From a virus, in the IMG/VR virus record IMGVR_UViG_3300010401_000005, positions 6,113 through 70,112 of that record: a stretch of 64,000 nucleotides of DNA; one strand, given 5' to 3'. How positions within the stretch are numbered: the stretch's first letter is position 1; each line of letters opens with the position of its first letter. A program made the translations under genes and the position numbers. The notes beneath the pieces are model-generated. The model did not search any database, was not told the DNA's origin, and saw only the letters and a list, made by a program, of their open reading frames with translations. Positions 48,683 through 58,631 of the stretch are shown piece by piece.

Positions 48683-49404
48683 TACAGTGTCAACGTCAAG
48701 TTCGTGGTCGTGAACTGCGCCGTGTTGCCGGTATAGACGGCGCTGAAAAAGTCTATGATCGTCCTGAGCGTCAGCACCCCGCCCGCCGCCGCGTTGATGA
48801 GTGCTAGAATGCTTGCGTTAGTAGAAGGACTGCTAGGTGAGAAGGACGGGTCAAAATGCCCGTCACCTGTCACCACCTGACTACTCGCCACGCCCTCTAT
48901 AGAGGCAGGCGGCGAGAGTTCCAACTGAATCGGCACTCCTAAAATCGGGTAGGTATACGACCAATCGCCTGCCCATTGGAACGTAAAGGCGGTATAGGTT
49001 TGGGCAGGCACCGAGAAGGTGATATTCGGGCCTGTGAACGATGAAGCAATATCGTCACAGGTGATGACAAAACCCTGATTAGAGGCATACAGCACCACCA
49101 TGCTCGCGTCGGGGTTGGTGCCTCCGCCCGTGCCGCCCTCCGATGCAGGTGTATCCCTCCCCCCATTTGTCAGGAAAACCGAACCTCCTTGAATGTCTAC
49201 GGAGGACAACCCGACGCCCTGACCCTCTGTTTTATCCCAGTCGAAGCCGTTACCCGTGCCGTCTACCTGTGTGCCGTAGTCGTCCGTTACGATCAGGTCA
49301 GAGTAGGTCCAGAAGCCGGTTTGTTCGTCCTGCGTTCTGAACCCCTGCTGACGTAGTAACTGAGGGTTATTTCGGTAAGGTAGAGGGAATCTGCGTAATG
49401 GCAT
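48670..49404 (-). CDS. putative virion structural protein
   Basis: 244 aa, TAATG coupling. Confidence 0.65.
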   Translation of the reverse strand: MPLRRFPLPYRNNPQLLRQQGFRTQDEQTGFWTYSDLIVTDDYGTQVDGTGNGFDWDKTEGQGVGLSSVDIQGGSVFLTNGGRDTPASEGGTGGGTNPDASMVVLYASNQGFVITCDDIASSFTGPNITFSVPAQTYTAFTFQWAGDWSYTYPILGVPIQLELSPPASIEGVASSQVVTGDGHFDPSFSPSSPSTNASILALINAAAGGVLTLRTIIDFFSAVYTGNTAQFTTTNLTLTLYYNA

Positions 49405-49592
49405 TACTCGTCCTTTTCAGGATCTTCCACGGTAATTTCCACGGTTGGTGTGAACGCTATCTTCATGGCGTTGAATTCCATCAACGCGCCTCGGATCTCG
49501 TCCACCGCCTGCTTATCCTGTTCAAACGCCCTCTGCGCCAGCAGTTGACTGAGTTCAACACTCCGCTTCTCGATGTACTCTAAAACGTCCAT
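49404..49592 (-). CDS. small hypothetical protein
   Basis: AAAGGAG RBS, 62 aa. Confidence 0.65.
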   Translation of the reverse strand: MDVLEYIEKRSVELSQLLAQRAFEQDKQAVDEIRGALMEFNAMKIAFTPTVEITVEDPEKDE

Positions 49593-49692
49593 TGCATTCT
49601 CCTTTCAATGCGCCTTCGTTTAAGTTGTTACCGGGCAGAGCGGCGAAGGAAAGACCGCCTCTTCGGGCTGCACTCCCTAGCCCGGTAACGCA
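49593..49692 (-). promoter_or_regulatory. head-operon cis-RNA motif copy C (divergent)
   Basis: GTTACCGGGC/GCCCGGTAAC stem, TAGG...CCGAAG junction, inner loop CCTTCG complementary to downstream CGAAGG. Confidence 0.5.
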
Positions 49693-49694
49693 GT

Positions 49695-51374
49695 TTAGAC
49701 CGGAACGAGGGTCACGGAGACAATCGCGCCAGTGATGGAGCCAATCGTACCGCCCCACTTCACCGCTAACCGATCCCCTGCCGCAAGGGTCTTCGTCGCC
49801 ACGGTGGTAGTCACGCTTCCGACCACGCGCGTGTTCGCCGTGGTGTCAAAGGTCATCACGGCAGTAAGCACGCTCGTACCGCCGCCTGGGGCCGTGGTGC
49901 CGGTGTCCTTGATAACGTCCACGGTCGGAACCGTCGCCGTCGAGGAGCAGGAACAGGATGCTGCCTTCACGCGATAGGCACGGTTCGCCATGAAGAAGGT
50001 ATAGGAACTTCCCGACACCGGGACGCTTGCGGGCAGGTATTGCTGCCAGATCGCATCAAACAGCCCCGCCACAGAGTTCACCAACACTTCACCAGGCACA
50101 CCAGTACTGACTGCCGCGCCGGGGATAAGGTTGATGTTCCCACCCGCCGCCGTGCCGCCCGTACCACCCGCGCCTGCTGTCAGTGTGATCGCACCACCCG
50201 CGATAGAGCCGGAACCGTTGCCGCCCGCGCCTGCCGTGATGGTGACTGCGCCTGCCGCGCCGCCCGTCGTGGAACCCGTACCGCCCGCGCCCGCCGTGAT
50301 GGCAACCCCACCGCCCGCACCACCTGTGACGGCATTGGTTCCGCCGCCTGCGCCTGCGGAGAGGGTAAGCAATCCGCCTGCGCCTCCGGTGCCGGTAGAA
50401 GTGACGACTGCGCCACCTGCGCCCGTGGAGACCGTGACCGCCCCGCCTGCGCCACCCGTGGAGGTGCCAGAGGTACCGCCTGCATTGCTGCCGAGGGTGA
50501 CTGCCCCGGACGCACCGCCTGCGGTTCCGGTTGTGCCGGTTGCACCTGCTGCCGTGGTGATGGTCATGGCACCGGATGCCGCGCCTGCGCCTGCGGTTGG
50601 TGCGCCTGTCCCGATAGTCAGGACACCCGACGCGGAGGTTGTGCCGCCGACGCCGGTAGAGATTGCCACCGCCCCCGACAACCCACTTGTACCACCGGCA
50701 CCGGAGGTAATCGTTACCGCCCCTCCTGCGCCTGTGGTCGTGCCCACGCCGCCGATCATCGAAACCGCACCACCTGTGCCAGCCGTTGAGAGCGCCGCGC
50801 CTCCGGTGAGAGATGCTGCGCCGCCGTTACCCGTCGCGCCTGTTCCAGACCCACCGCCGATGACGCTTGCTGCGCCTCCTGCGCCGGTTCCAGCCGCACC
50901 GCCTGCACCACCGGTCAGGTTCACGGCACCACCCGCGCCGGAGGTGGTGCCACCTCTGCCGCCTGTGATACCGCCCGCGCCGCCAGCCCCGGTCAGATCC
51001 GCTGCGCCGCCTGTGAGAGTGGTTGCGCCACCGTTCCCGCTGCCTTTGCCGACGCCGCCCGTGCCGGTGACTGCCCCGCCCGCGCCGTTTGTGCTGAGTG
51101 CCGCACCGCCGACAGAGGTGACGGCACCACCTGCGCCGGTTGCGCCTGCACCCGACGCACCGCCTGTGATGACGACCGCACCGCCTGCAAACGCGCCATT
51201 TCCTGCGCCGCCTGTTGCCGTTGCGTTGCCGCCTGCACTGCTCGATCCCGCCGCGCCGATGATACCCGCTGTGGTGATGGTGGTGACGTTCACGCCGTTG
51301 AGTTGTATGATACCGGTGCCGTCCCCATCGGGTCCGTTCACGGCAAGGTTTGATAGATGCGTATATTCAGGCAT
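49695..51374 (-). CDS. Gly/Ala/Thr-rich repeat fibre protein
   Basis: >20 repeats of ~GGAVxITxGAG; directly after major capsid gene. Confidence 0.8.
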   Translation of the reverse strand: MPEYTHLSNLAVNGPDGDGTGIIQLNGVNVTTITTAGIIGAAGSSSAGGNATATGGAGNGAFAGGAVVITGGASGAGATGAGGAVTSVGGAALSTNGAGGAVTGTGGVGKGSGNGGATTLTGGAADLTGAGGAGGITGGRGGTTSGAGGAVNLTGGAGGAAGTGAGGAASVIGGGSGTGATGNGGAASLTGGAALSTAGTGGAVSMIGGVGTTTGAGGAVTITSGAGGTSGLSGAVAISTGVGGTTSASGVLTIGTGAPTAGAGAASGAMTITTAAGATGTTGTAGGASGAVTLGSNAGGTSGTSTGGAGGAVTVSTGAGGAVVTSTGTGGAGGLLTLSAGAGGGTNAVTGGAGGGVAITAGAGGTGSTTGGAAGAVTITAGAGGNGSGSIAGGAITLTAGAGGTGGTAAGGNINLIPGAAVSTGVPGEVLVNSVAGLFDAIWQQYLPASVPVSGSSYTFFMANRAYRVKAASCSCSSTATVPTVDVIKDTGTTAPGGGTSVLTAVMTFDTTANTRVVGSVTTTVATKTLAAGDRLAVKWGGTIGSITGAIVSVTLVPV

Positions 51375-51411
51375 TGCTCACTTCCTTTCTGCTTTATTGT
51401 AAGCAATGACA

Positions 51412-52350
51412 TTAAGCTCCTGCGTTTCCGTAGCAGCCCCTCCAGTCCGACGAACCACAGACAAAACGTGAAGTAGATACAAACACGTATGCCTGTACTC
51501 CAATCGCGTAATCGGTGGTGATTTCGGCCTCCTGCCGGATAAGGAACTGGAGGTAATGGTTATCCGCCACGATGAACCAACTGTTATTCGTGCCGGTGGA
51601 ACCCGATGCCTGGAAGTAGGGCCACTCGATAACGTCCGCATCGTTTTTGTAGATGTTGAGGTTTCGATCCGCCGTCCCTCTCTCCCAATCGCCGCGCATG
51701 ATCTGATTCGCCACGCGATGCAGGACAGGGTTCACCACCAATACACGCGGGTTGTTCTGCAAAAACTGCGTGTTGTTCGCGGCTTTCTGCTGCCGGATGT
51801 TCACCGCGCCCGCGTCATAGGTGGCAAAGGACAGGTCGCCGCCCGATGAGGCGCGATTGCTGACGGTTACGCCGCTATTGGCCTGACTGATCGGGTGCGC
51901 GGTGGAGAAGAGAGGCTGTCCGTCTGCCATCTGCGGGGTATTGTTGCCGACAGTGGCGAAGGCGATGTTTTTGAAGAAGTTCGCCGCCACGATCTCCTTG
52001 AGCGTCTGATGGGACACAGCCAACTGACCGCCCTTTGTGGGAAGGACTTTCGCCATGACGCCGTACTGGTCGTCCTTCCAGTCCTCGTACGCCAATATAT
52101 CACCGAGGGCGTAGTTGACCGGGGTGTACCGCTTACCGAAGGACGGCTTGAACTGACCCTGCGCGACGCCTTCACCGGGTCCACGGCGCAGCGGGAGACC
52201 GTACATCTCCCAGTTTTGTTCATCCGTATACCTGCCGTCCATTTGCCCCATGTGGAAAATCTGAGGCAGCACGGTCGGCCATGCGTCGTATGCTATTCCA
52301 AACTGCTTGGAGATGCCTTTGCTGAAAAGTGGAGTCAGGTCTTGACTCAT
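51412..52350 (-). CDS. major capsid protein (HK97 fold, Mu gpT-like annotation class)
   Basis: 312 aa; T.E..AAN, ADG.PLFST.HP, P..LVV.P.L, WF, DWRG.YG..GA. Confidence 0.85.
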   Translation of the reverse strand: MSQDLTPLFSKGISKQFGIAYDAWPTVLPQIFHMGQMDGRYTDEQNWEMYGLPLRRGPGEGVAQGQFKPSFGKRYTPVNYALGDILAYEDWKDDQYGVMAKVLPTKGGQLAVSHQTLKEIVAANFFKNIAFATVGNNTPQMADGQPLFSTAHPISQANSGVTVSNRASSGGDLSFATYDAGAVNIRQQKAANNTQFLQNNPRVLVVNPVLHRVANQIMRGDWERGTADRNLNIYKNDADVIEWPYFQASGSTGTNNSWFIVADNHYLQFLIRQEAEITTDYAIGVQAYVFVSTSRFVCGSSDWRGCYGNAGA

Positions 52351-52470
52351 CTGTGGTGAGGTTCCTTGTCCTCACTCGCCCTCGTGAAACGCGCCCTGAC
52401 AACGAATATCTATCCGGGGGAAAATCTCCAGGGCGGGAGAGTTTCAGGGGCCAGCCTATCCCCCGGAACT
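52351..52470 (-). promoter_or_regulatory. head-operon cis-RNA motif copy B
   Basis: TCCGGGGGA/TCCCCCGGA stem; TAGGCTGGCCCCTGAAA; TCTCC-CGCCCT-GGAGA; downstream AGGGCG; GTGAGG/CCTCAC around RBS. Confidence 0.7.
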
Positions 52471-52483
52471 GGTAACGCGGGGT

Positions 52484-53149
52484 TTACGTCGCCGCCGCGT
52501 AAAAGATACCGGTAAGGTACTGCTGATACGCAGGCTTGACCGAGAACAGGTACTTGCACTGCGTGGAGGAGACATTGAAGAACGGATCGGTCTCGTTGAC
52601 CGCCGTCACCTCGCCCACGATGTCGGCAGTGACCGAGGACTCATTTGCCGCAAAGTCCACGGTGTTGTAAGTCTGAATCCCGATGGTGTGGCCGATCTTG
52701 GTAGAGGAGACCGTCACCGCCGCATTACCCGACGCCTGCGCACGGATATAGAACTCGCTGTCGTCGTTGAACACCTGCACGAGCAGGCGGGCGTTGCCAG
52801 TCACGGGGTCAGTGTCGATACCTGCGGCGTAGGAGGGCAGAGGGTACTGCGGCGCGGCACCTGCGGCGACAGTAGAAGGTGGGGTGACGCCTCCGACCGG
52901 CGCACCTGCCGAATCGGTCTTCACGTCGTGCTTCGCCACGCCCAACAGTCCCGCCACGGAGGTGTTGGTAAAACTTGCGGCAATCATCGTGCTTGTCAGT
53001 TTGCAGACCCTTACCGTACTGTTGGCGTTGTTGAGAACAACGATGTCACCGGCGCTGATGGTCTGCGATACGTCCACGTCATAGCTTCGCGTCAGTCCCG
53101 CCCCCATATTGGAGGAGCCTGCACGCGCAAAATCAACAGAATGAGACAC
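52484..53149 (-). CDS. capsid decoration/cement protein
   Basis: I.AGDIV...LLGVA pattern; immediately upstream of MCP. Confidence 0.7.
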   Translation of the reverse strand: MSHSVDFARAGSSNMGAGLTRSYDVDVSQTISAGDIVVLNNANSTVRVCKLTSTMIAASFTNTSVAGLLGVAKHDVKTDSAGAPVGGVTPPSTVAAGAAPQYPLPSYAAGIDTDPVTGNARLLVQVFNDDSEFYIRAQASGNAAVTVSSTKIGHTIGIQTYNTVDFAANESSVTADIVGEVTAVNETDPFFNVSSTQCKYLFSVKPAYQQYLTGIFYAAAT

Positions 53150-53262
53150 TGTTCGTTTTGTCCTGTCTCACATCCCCCAAGTGAAGAACCCCATGCTATT
53201 ATCCGGCAACGGGCCTCCGGGGTGGGAGGCTTTCAGTGATCAGCCTAAGATGCCGGATATAT
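53150..53262 (-). promoter_or_regulatory. head-operon cis-RNA motif copy A
   Basis: TATCCGGCA/TGCCGGATA stem; TAGGCTGATCACTGAAA; GCCTCC-CACCCC-GGAGGC; downstream GGGGT; TGAGACA/TGTCTCA over start codon. Confidence 0.7.
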
Positions 53263-53264
53263 GA

Positions 53265-54032
53265 TTAACCTTTTCGCGCAGCCGCCGCAGCCATCGTATT
53301 GCGCGGCCTCACGCCCGCAGGGATGGACACGATCTTCCCGCCTCCCTGTGATTGCCTGTAGGCTTCTTGTCTATCCCCCCGTGCGCCCTCCTGGGTCTCG
53401 GAGCGTGTAGGCGTCTGATGGCGTCCTCCGTTGCGGTACTTCGCCTGTTCCGCCTCGTAACGTTCCTTGCCAATCTGCTTGACGACCATCTCCACCGGCA
53501 TACCCGCAAACTGACCGCCGATCAGACCCGCCTGCACGTTGCGTTGATGCTGCTGTTGTGCGCGTGCGCCGTACTGACCGGGTTCGATCTTAAAGCGGGG
53601 GATCTCGGCAAACTCCGTCTCTTCCGGGTTCTCGGTCTGCGCGTCGAATTCCGCCGTTTCCCTCTGTCGCTGACGTTCACGCTCCTCGAACAAGGCGCGG
53701 GGCATAGCAGCAACCAACGTGTCGCCGTGGATGAAGGGATGGCCTTTTTCGTCGGTCAAGATCCTGCCACCTGGTGTCTCACGCTTGAACTCCCGCGAAC
53801 GGTCCTTATGCTCGTATTGCTGCCACTCTGCCGGGTTGCGGATATAGGTGATAACCTCATCGTCCCGGACACCCATATCCTTCAACTCTTCGGGGGTACG
53901 GCTGAATTCGTCCCACCCATCGGGCAGCAAGTCGCGTGTCTCACCCGAAAGCAGCGGGGGCGTGTTATCGACGGTCTTTTCGTGCATCTTCGTGCCGGTG
54001 CCGGGTTGTGGTCCCGGTAATCCTGGTCGCAT
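53265..54032 (-). CDS. hypothetical head-module protein
   Basis: AGGAG RBS; between scaffold and decoration genes. Confidence 0.7.
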   Translation of the reverse strand: MRPGLPGPQPGTGTKMHEKTVDNTPPLLSGETRDLLPDGWDEFSRTPEELKDMGVRDDEVITYIRNPAEWQQYEHKDRSREFKRETPGGRILTDEKGHPFIHGDTLVAAMPRALFEERERQRQRETAEFDAQTENPEETEFAEIPRFKIEPGQYGARAQQQHQRNVQAGLIGGQFAGMPVEMVVKQIGKERYEAEQAKYRNGGRHQTPTRSETQEGARGDRQEAYRQSQGGGKIVSIPAGVRPRNTMAAAAARKG

Positions 54033-54036
54033 ATCG

Positions 54037-54891
54037 TTATCTCCTATTGAGGTTCAGAATCCGCTGCGCTTCGTCCGCCGTCACGCCGAATTCTTCCATG
54101 TAAAACTTCACGCCGCTCGGTACACTTGCGCCGCGTGTTGCCGCCGCCGATCTGGTCGCGGTGGGAGAGACGGCAGGAGAGGGCGTTCGCTGTGAGGGTG
54201 GCAACAGTCGGGGAGGAGCGGCGGGGGCTTTTGGTTTCTCCGCAGGTTTCGGGTTGAAGAGTTCGGCGGCACGCGCAAACGCCGCGCCGGGGTCTTTTGT
54301 CGCCTGGATCTCCTGCCACACTACGATAGCGGCGGCTTCGAGTTGCGCCTCTTCCGTCACCCTGCGCTCTGCGGGCATGGTGGCAAGATGCGCTTCCATC
54401 GCTCTGCCATGCACCCGGTAAAAGTCGGGGGAAACGGCGGAACGCTGCTCCATCTGCCACGCCGCAATTGCCTGGGCTTGACGATCCTGCGCGGCCATGT
54501 AGCGGTACGTTTCCGCCGCCGCCGCTACCGGGTCGGTAATGGCGAGTTCATTCAACCGCGTGCGCACCTCTTCAGGCATCCCCTGAATGGTCATTGCAGG
54601 CGCGGCAGGTTTGTACGCCGGTTTCTCTTCCGGCGTCTGTGCGGTCGCTACAGGGGCAGGCGTTTCAGGTTCGGCTACGATCTGCCAAACGCCTTCATCG
54701 TTGGGTTTCCACTCGTTACCCGCATCGCCGGCATAAATCTGCGACGGGTCGTACTGCGCAGGAAAAGTTAGTTCTTCCTGCGATTCGGATTCCGCCTGCT
54801 CGTATTGAGTGCCCTCTGTTTCAGGTTCAGCCTCTTGCGGCGAGTTTTGCAACCCTTCCAGCAGTTGCAGATCCTCTTCGTCCATTATCAT
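54037..54891 (-). CDS. capsid scaffolding protein
   Basis: acidic disordered N-terminus, helical middle, C-terminal helix-turn-helix (FGVTADEA). Confidence 0.65.
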   Translation of the reverse strand: MIMDEEDLQLLEGLQNSPQEAEPETEGTQYEQAESESQEELTFPAQYDPSQIYAGDAGNEWKPNDEGVWQIVAEPETPAPVATAQTPEEKPAYKPAAPAMTIQGMPEEVRTRLNELAITDPVAAAAETYRYMAAQDRQAQAIAAWQMEQRSAVSPDFYRVHGRAMEAHLATMPAERRVTEEAQLEAAAIVVWQEIQATKDPGAAFARAAELFNPKPAEKPKAPAAPPRLLPPSQRTPSPAVSPTATRSAAATRGASVPSGVKFYMEEFGVTADEAQRILNLNRR

Positions 54892-56709
54892 TCTCCTCGT
54901 TGCGGGCTTCCCGCGTCTGTCGGTTCACTTCGAGTGCCACCATCTGCGCGGGGGTCTTTATCATGGCGTCCAGTGCCTTCGCCTGTCCCTGCATGAAACG
55001 AAACTCTTCTGCCGTCTTCGCCTCCATCAACTTCTCAAGAGCGTTCTGACGAAGGGCAAAATAATAAGGGTAGATTTCCTGTGTCCAGATGTCGGAGTAC
55101 AGAATGCGTTCCCAATTCGGCTGACGCTCCAGGTTATCGGGCGGCGTGAGTTCGATGACGGGCACGGTGGATTCGGGTTCAGGTTTTTGCCACCAGAAGC
55201 GCATTACTCTTCTCCCTCGAATCCCTCATCGGTATCATGGTTGCCGCTCAAGTGGTCGTGAATAAACTTCTGCGCCATGCCGACGCAGGTAAAACCGCCG
55301 CCGTAAAAGGCATTGCGAACCCGTTCTACGCCTTCATTACCTGCTTTGTCGTCCACATCCATCACGCAAACCAGAAGGGCGCGGTGACGGGTCTTCAGTT
55401 CGTCAATGAGTTCTTGTGACGAAGCCACGGCAAGCGGATTGATGACAAAAGTATCCTCACCCATTACGGCGTATCCTCTTTCTTGGTACTCTGATTCACC
55501 ACCTTGCCCGTACCACGACAGGAAGCGCACTTCTTCGCGCCCTTCATGCCCGTGCCCTTACACGCCGAACAGGATTTTGCTTTCTTCAAGGCGATCTCCC
55601 TACAACCACACAAACTGAATAATCGTCGTATTCGCGCACAGAAGCCCAAACGCAAAGGACTGCGACGGATCAATAGACAGCCAACAGGTCTGCGTCTTGT
55701 GCAGATACAAATGGGTTACATCACCCGATTCACCCTTTAGAACTATGGTCCCGGTGTTGTCGGAGGGTGGCTGAATCCCCACCTTGACCGCGCCCGTCTG
55801 CACCGTAATTGCCGCAAAGGTGTTGGCGACAAAGGTCTGCTGCGTGCGGGTCTGAGGCGCGGCGGCGTTGGTCTCGGTCGGTACGTCGGCATGGTCGGTC
55901 TCGTTACCGGCGAGGTTGGTTTTCGTCCACGATGCGTTAAAGGTGCTGGATGCTGCCATTTACTTCGCCTCTCCGAAAATGTTGATCGCCTTCACCACTT
56001 CACCGGGTTTGCGTCCATACCCGAATTCGTTCATTGCGCCCCGCTTTTTGGCTTGCCCCCATGCCCATGACAGGAGAACCATATCTGCGCTTTCCTGATC
56101 CTGCATGACCGGGATTCGCACCACATCGGGCAATTCTTCCGCCGCAACTATCGCCAACAGGCAATCGTATGCTTCGCCCTTCTGCCGTTTGTCAATGTCC
56201 TTGTAGAAAATCATCTCCCACGTCAGACATTTGGCTTCCCAATGGGCCTCAGCGGAAATCCCCGATTCGAGTTCGATCAATGGCATCAGTTTTTTGCCTT
56301 CTTACCCTTCAAAACCCGGTTCGCTTTCGCGTCTACGGTCGCCTTCTGTGCAGGCGTCAGGTTCCCCTTTGCCTCTTGCTGCGTTGCGCGGGCTTTTGCG
56401 TTCGCTGCGTGCGCCCTGTCGCCGGGAGGGATCGGATATTTGCGCTCCGAAGGTAAGGCGAAATCAGATTTGGGCAAGGCTTTGCGTCTTGCAGTCGAAA
56501 ACTTGCTCATCTCTCCGAACTCCCCTTTCTTTCCAGAACTCTGCCGACATTCGGTCAAGAAAATCCGTTCGATGTACGTCCAACGCTTCGGAAATATCAC
56601 GCATCGCATATTGAACAGGCGTATAACCGCGAAACAGATCGTCAGCAATATCGTCAATGCTGCACGGTTCCCAATAGGGCAACGAATCAGGCCAAATGTA
56701 AGAACTCAT
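54827..56709 (-). CDS. small genes between portal and scaffold (54827-55204, 55204-55464, 55464-55589 CxxCxGxG, 55600-55959, 55960-56286, 56286-56510 basic, 56464-56709)
   Basis: TAATG/ATGA coupling; 56286-56510 has RKALPKSDFALP..RKYPI...HA.NA.AR motif. Confidence 0.6.
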
Positions 56710-58625
56710 TGCTGTAACAACGCTCCCCCACTCCCCGCAGGAGCGGTATTCAACCCACCCTGAGACGCCAATATCTGCTGTATCACCTGCGGCGGCACAC
56801 CCGACGCCACCAACTGCGCGATATTGGCCGGAAGTTCCTGCGGTTGTGGCATCTGTGGCTCCGGGCCTATCCACTCCTCCGGTTGCCGTTCCCCCATATC
56901 CAAGAGGGCTTGACGCACGCCGTGCCAAATCAACGGCGCGAACTGGGGGCTGATCTGCATGACCTGCGCGAGTGCAGCGAAATAGCCCATCTGGGCCTGA
57001 ATCTTCGCCTGTGTCAACTTCAACCGCATCTCCGGTGTCACGGTCGTGCTTGTAGCAGTAGGGACGTAGCGGTACAGCCCCCGCATGTTCTGCGCACTCA
57101 CTTCCATCTGCTTGCCCTGATAGTTGAAACTCTCCTGCAACCCTTCGCCCTCAAACTGCGCATGCAATGCCACAATGCGGGCGGCTAACTCCTCCATGCT
57201 GCTTTGAAAGCCTTGAAGGAAGAGGTCGAACTTGGAGTCGGTGGCGGCAAGGACGTTCTGAATCTCCGCATCCTTGCGAACCTTCGCCTGCAACTCCCCA
57301 TACCCTTCCGCTGCTACAAGCCCTTTGCCTCTCCCGACAATCGCGCCTTGTAACTCCATGCCTTTTTCGGCCTTACTGCCCCATTCCAGCGTCCGCAGGG
57401 TGTTCGGGTCGTCTTCGGGCAGTATCGCGCCGGGGTAGATGCTGAACGCGTTGTACTTTTGAATCCACTCCGCAGGGGCTACGAGTACCGGTGCCATCTC
57501 CAGGTCCATGCCATCTATGGTCAACTGAAGGTTTGCGTTCGCTTCATCTTGGAGCGTCGCCAGCAGTTGCATAGCACCGATTCCGAGCAGGCGATTCGGA
57601 CGCGGGAGCATCGAAAAACTGATGTATGGCCGATCCGTGTAGGGTGATATGTCCATCAGGAACACAATCTGCTGTTGAGGGCATAACATACACATCAGGT
57701 CATCGGCCCTATACTGCTCCGGTATGGCGTCTTCATCGTCGCGCAGTTTCGGCATACGCCCGAAGTAGAGGAAGCACTCATAAAAACCGTCTTCGCGCAC
57801 ACTGGCGTTGTTCGAGGTGCCGTCGTATTCGTTGCGCACCGTCCGCAGTAAGTCGCCGCCCATAGAGTGCGTGGGGCCGAGGCGAATCAACTCTTCTACT
57901 GCCTCTTCGTCATAGCCATAATCCACCACACCGTCTAAAAGCTGATCCTCAGTGAGAAGCATCCTCTCACCGATACCGTAGGCGGTCTTGATGTCCTGAC
58001 AGTCCGCAGGATAGAGGTAAATATCCGCTAAATCGGGTGTCCGAAACTCACAGCCCTGATGCGCGACTTCCTGCTGCTCGACTACCGCTTCTTCGTACTC
58101 CCGATCCTCTTCCCTCTGATGCCCCTCTACCAGCGGCATATCCGGGAATTCACTGTCGCGGAACATGCGTTTGCGAACAGGGCGAACCGTCTGCTTCCAT
58201 CCCACAAACAACACCCCGCAAGGGTCTCTGAGGGCATTGTAGGCGACATTGTAGAGGATATTGTTCAGGCGGTACTCTGCCGCCTTGTTGGTCAGCCACG
58301 CTTCTTGTAGTGTGGCGTTCTCGTCATCACCGGGATTCTGCGCAATCACCTGCCACTTCGGGTCTTTGCGTTGCGCCTGAGTGAGTAAAGCGAGTAATTC
58401 TAAGTGCGCCTCTCGACTCATCGGGTCATTGAGGATGCAGGCACCGCGCCAACGCTTGTCGCCGTAGGGCTGGATACGCCCTTCCAGTTGATCGTCGAGT
58501 TGCAGGAGGAGAATATCCCTTTCCTGCGCGCCTGCAATGGCGTCGTTCATGCGTTGACAGAGGATGCGCTTCACCTGTTCAGTGGCGTAGGGTTTGAGTT
58601 CGAGTTGGATCAACGCTTCTGGCAT
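56706..58625 (-). CDS. portal protein (podovirus type)
   Basis: 639 aa; GVLFVGW, DIYLYP, PY.......P..L.G.G...L...QD..N, Gln/Pro-rich tail. Confidence 0.85.
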   Translation of the reverse strand: MPEALIQLELKPYATEQVKRILCQRMNDAIAGAQERDILLLQLDDQLEGRIQPYGDKRWRGACILNDPMSREAHLELLALLTQAQRKDPKWQVIAQNPGDDENATLQEAWLTNKAAEYRLNNILYNVAYNALRDPCGVLFVGWKQTVRPVRKRMFRDSEFPDMPLVEGHQREEDREYEEAVVEQQEVAHQGCEFRTPDLADIYLYPADCQDIKTAYGIGERMLLTEDQLLDGVVDYGYDEEAVEELIRLGPTHSMGGDLLRTVRNEYDGTSNNASVREDGFYECFLYFGRMPKLRDDEDAIPEQYRADDLMCMLCPQQQIVFLMDISPYTDRPYISFSMLPRPNRLLGIGAMQLLATLQDEANANLQLTIDGMDLEMAPVLVAPAEWIQKYNAFSIYPGAILPEDDPNTLRTLEWGSKAEKGMELQGAIVGRGKGLVAAEGYGELQAKVRKDAEIQNVLAATDSKFDLFLQGFQSSMEELAARIVALHAQFEGEGLQESFNYQGKQMEVSAQNMRGLYRYVPTATSTTVTPEMRLKLTQAKIQAQMGYFAALAQVMQISPQFAPLIWHGVRQALLDMGERQPEEWIGPEPQMPQPQELPANIAQLVASGVPPQVIQQILASQGGLNTAPAGSGGALLQQ

Positions 58626-58631
58626 ACGTGA

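Noticed and set aside
50131-51402. 423-aa Pro/Ala-rich plus-strand ORF
   Set aside because: Mirror of Gly/Ala codons of the fibre gene
51378-51641. Frameshift extension of major capsid into the fibre gene
   Set aside because: The alternative frame stops at 51378 before the fibre start, no slippery site was seen, and the fibre has its own RBS
53225-53250. Hammerhead ribozyme (CTGA...GAAA)
   Set aside because: Core CUGANGA is not met (CTGATCA; CTGGCCC in copy B) and there is no stem II
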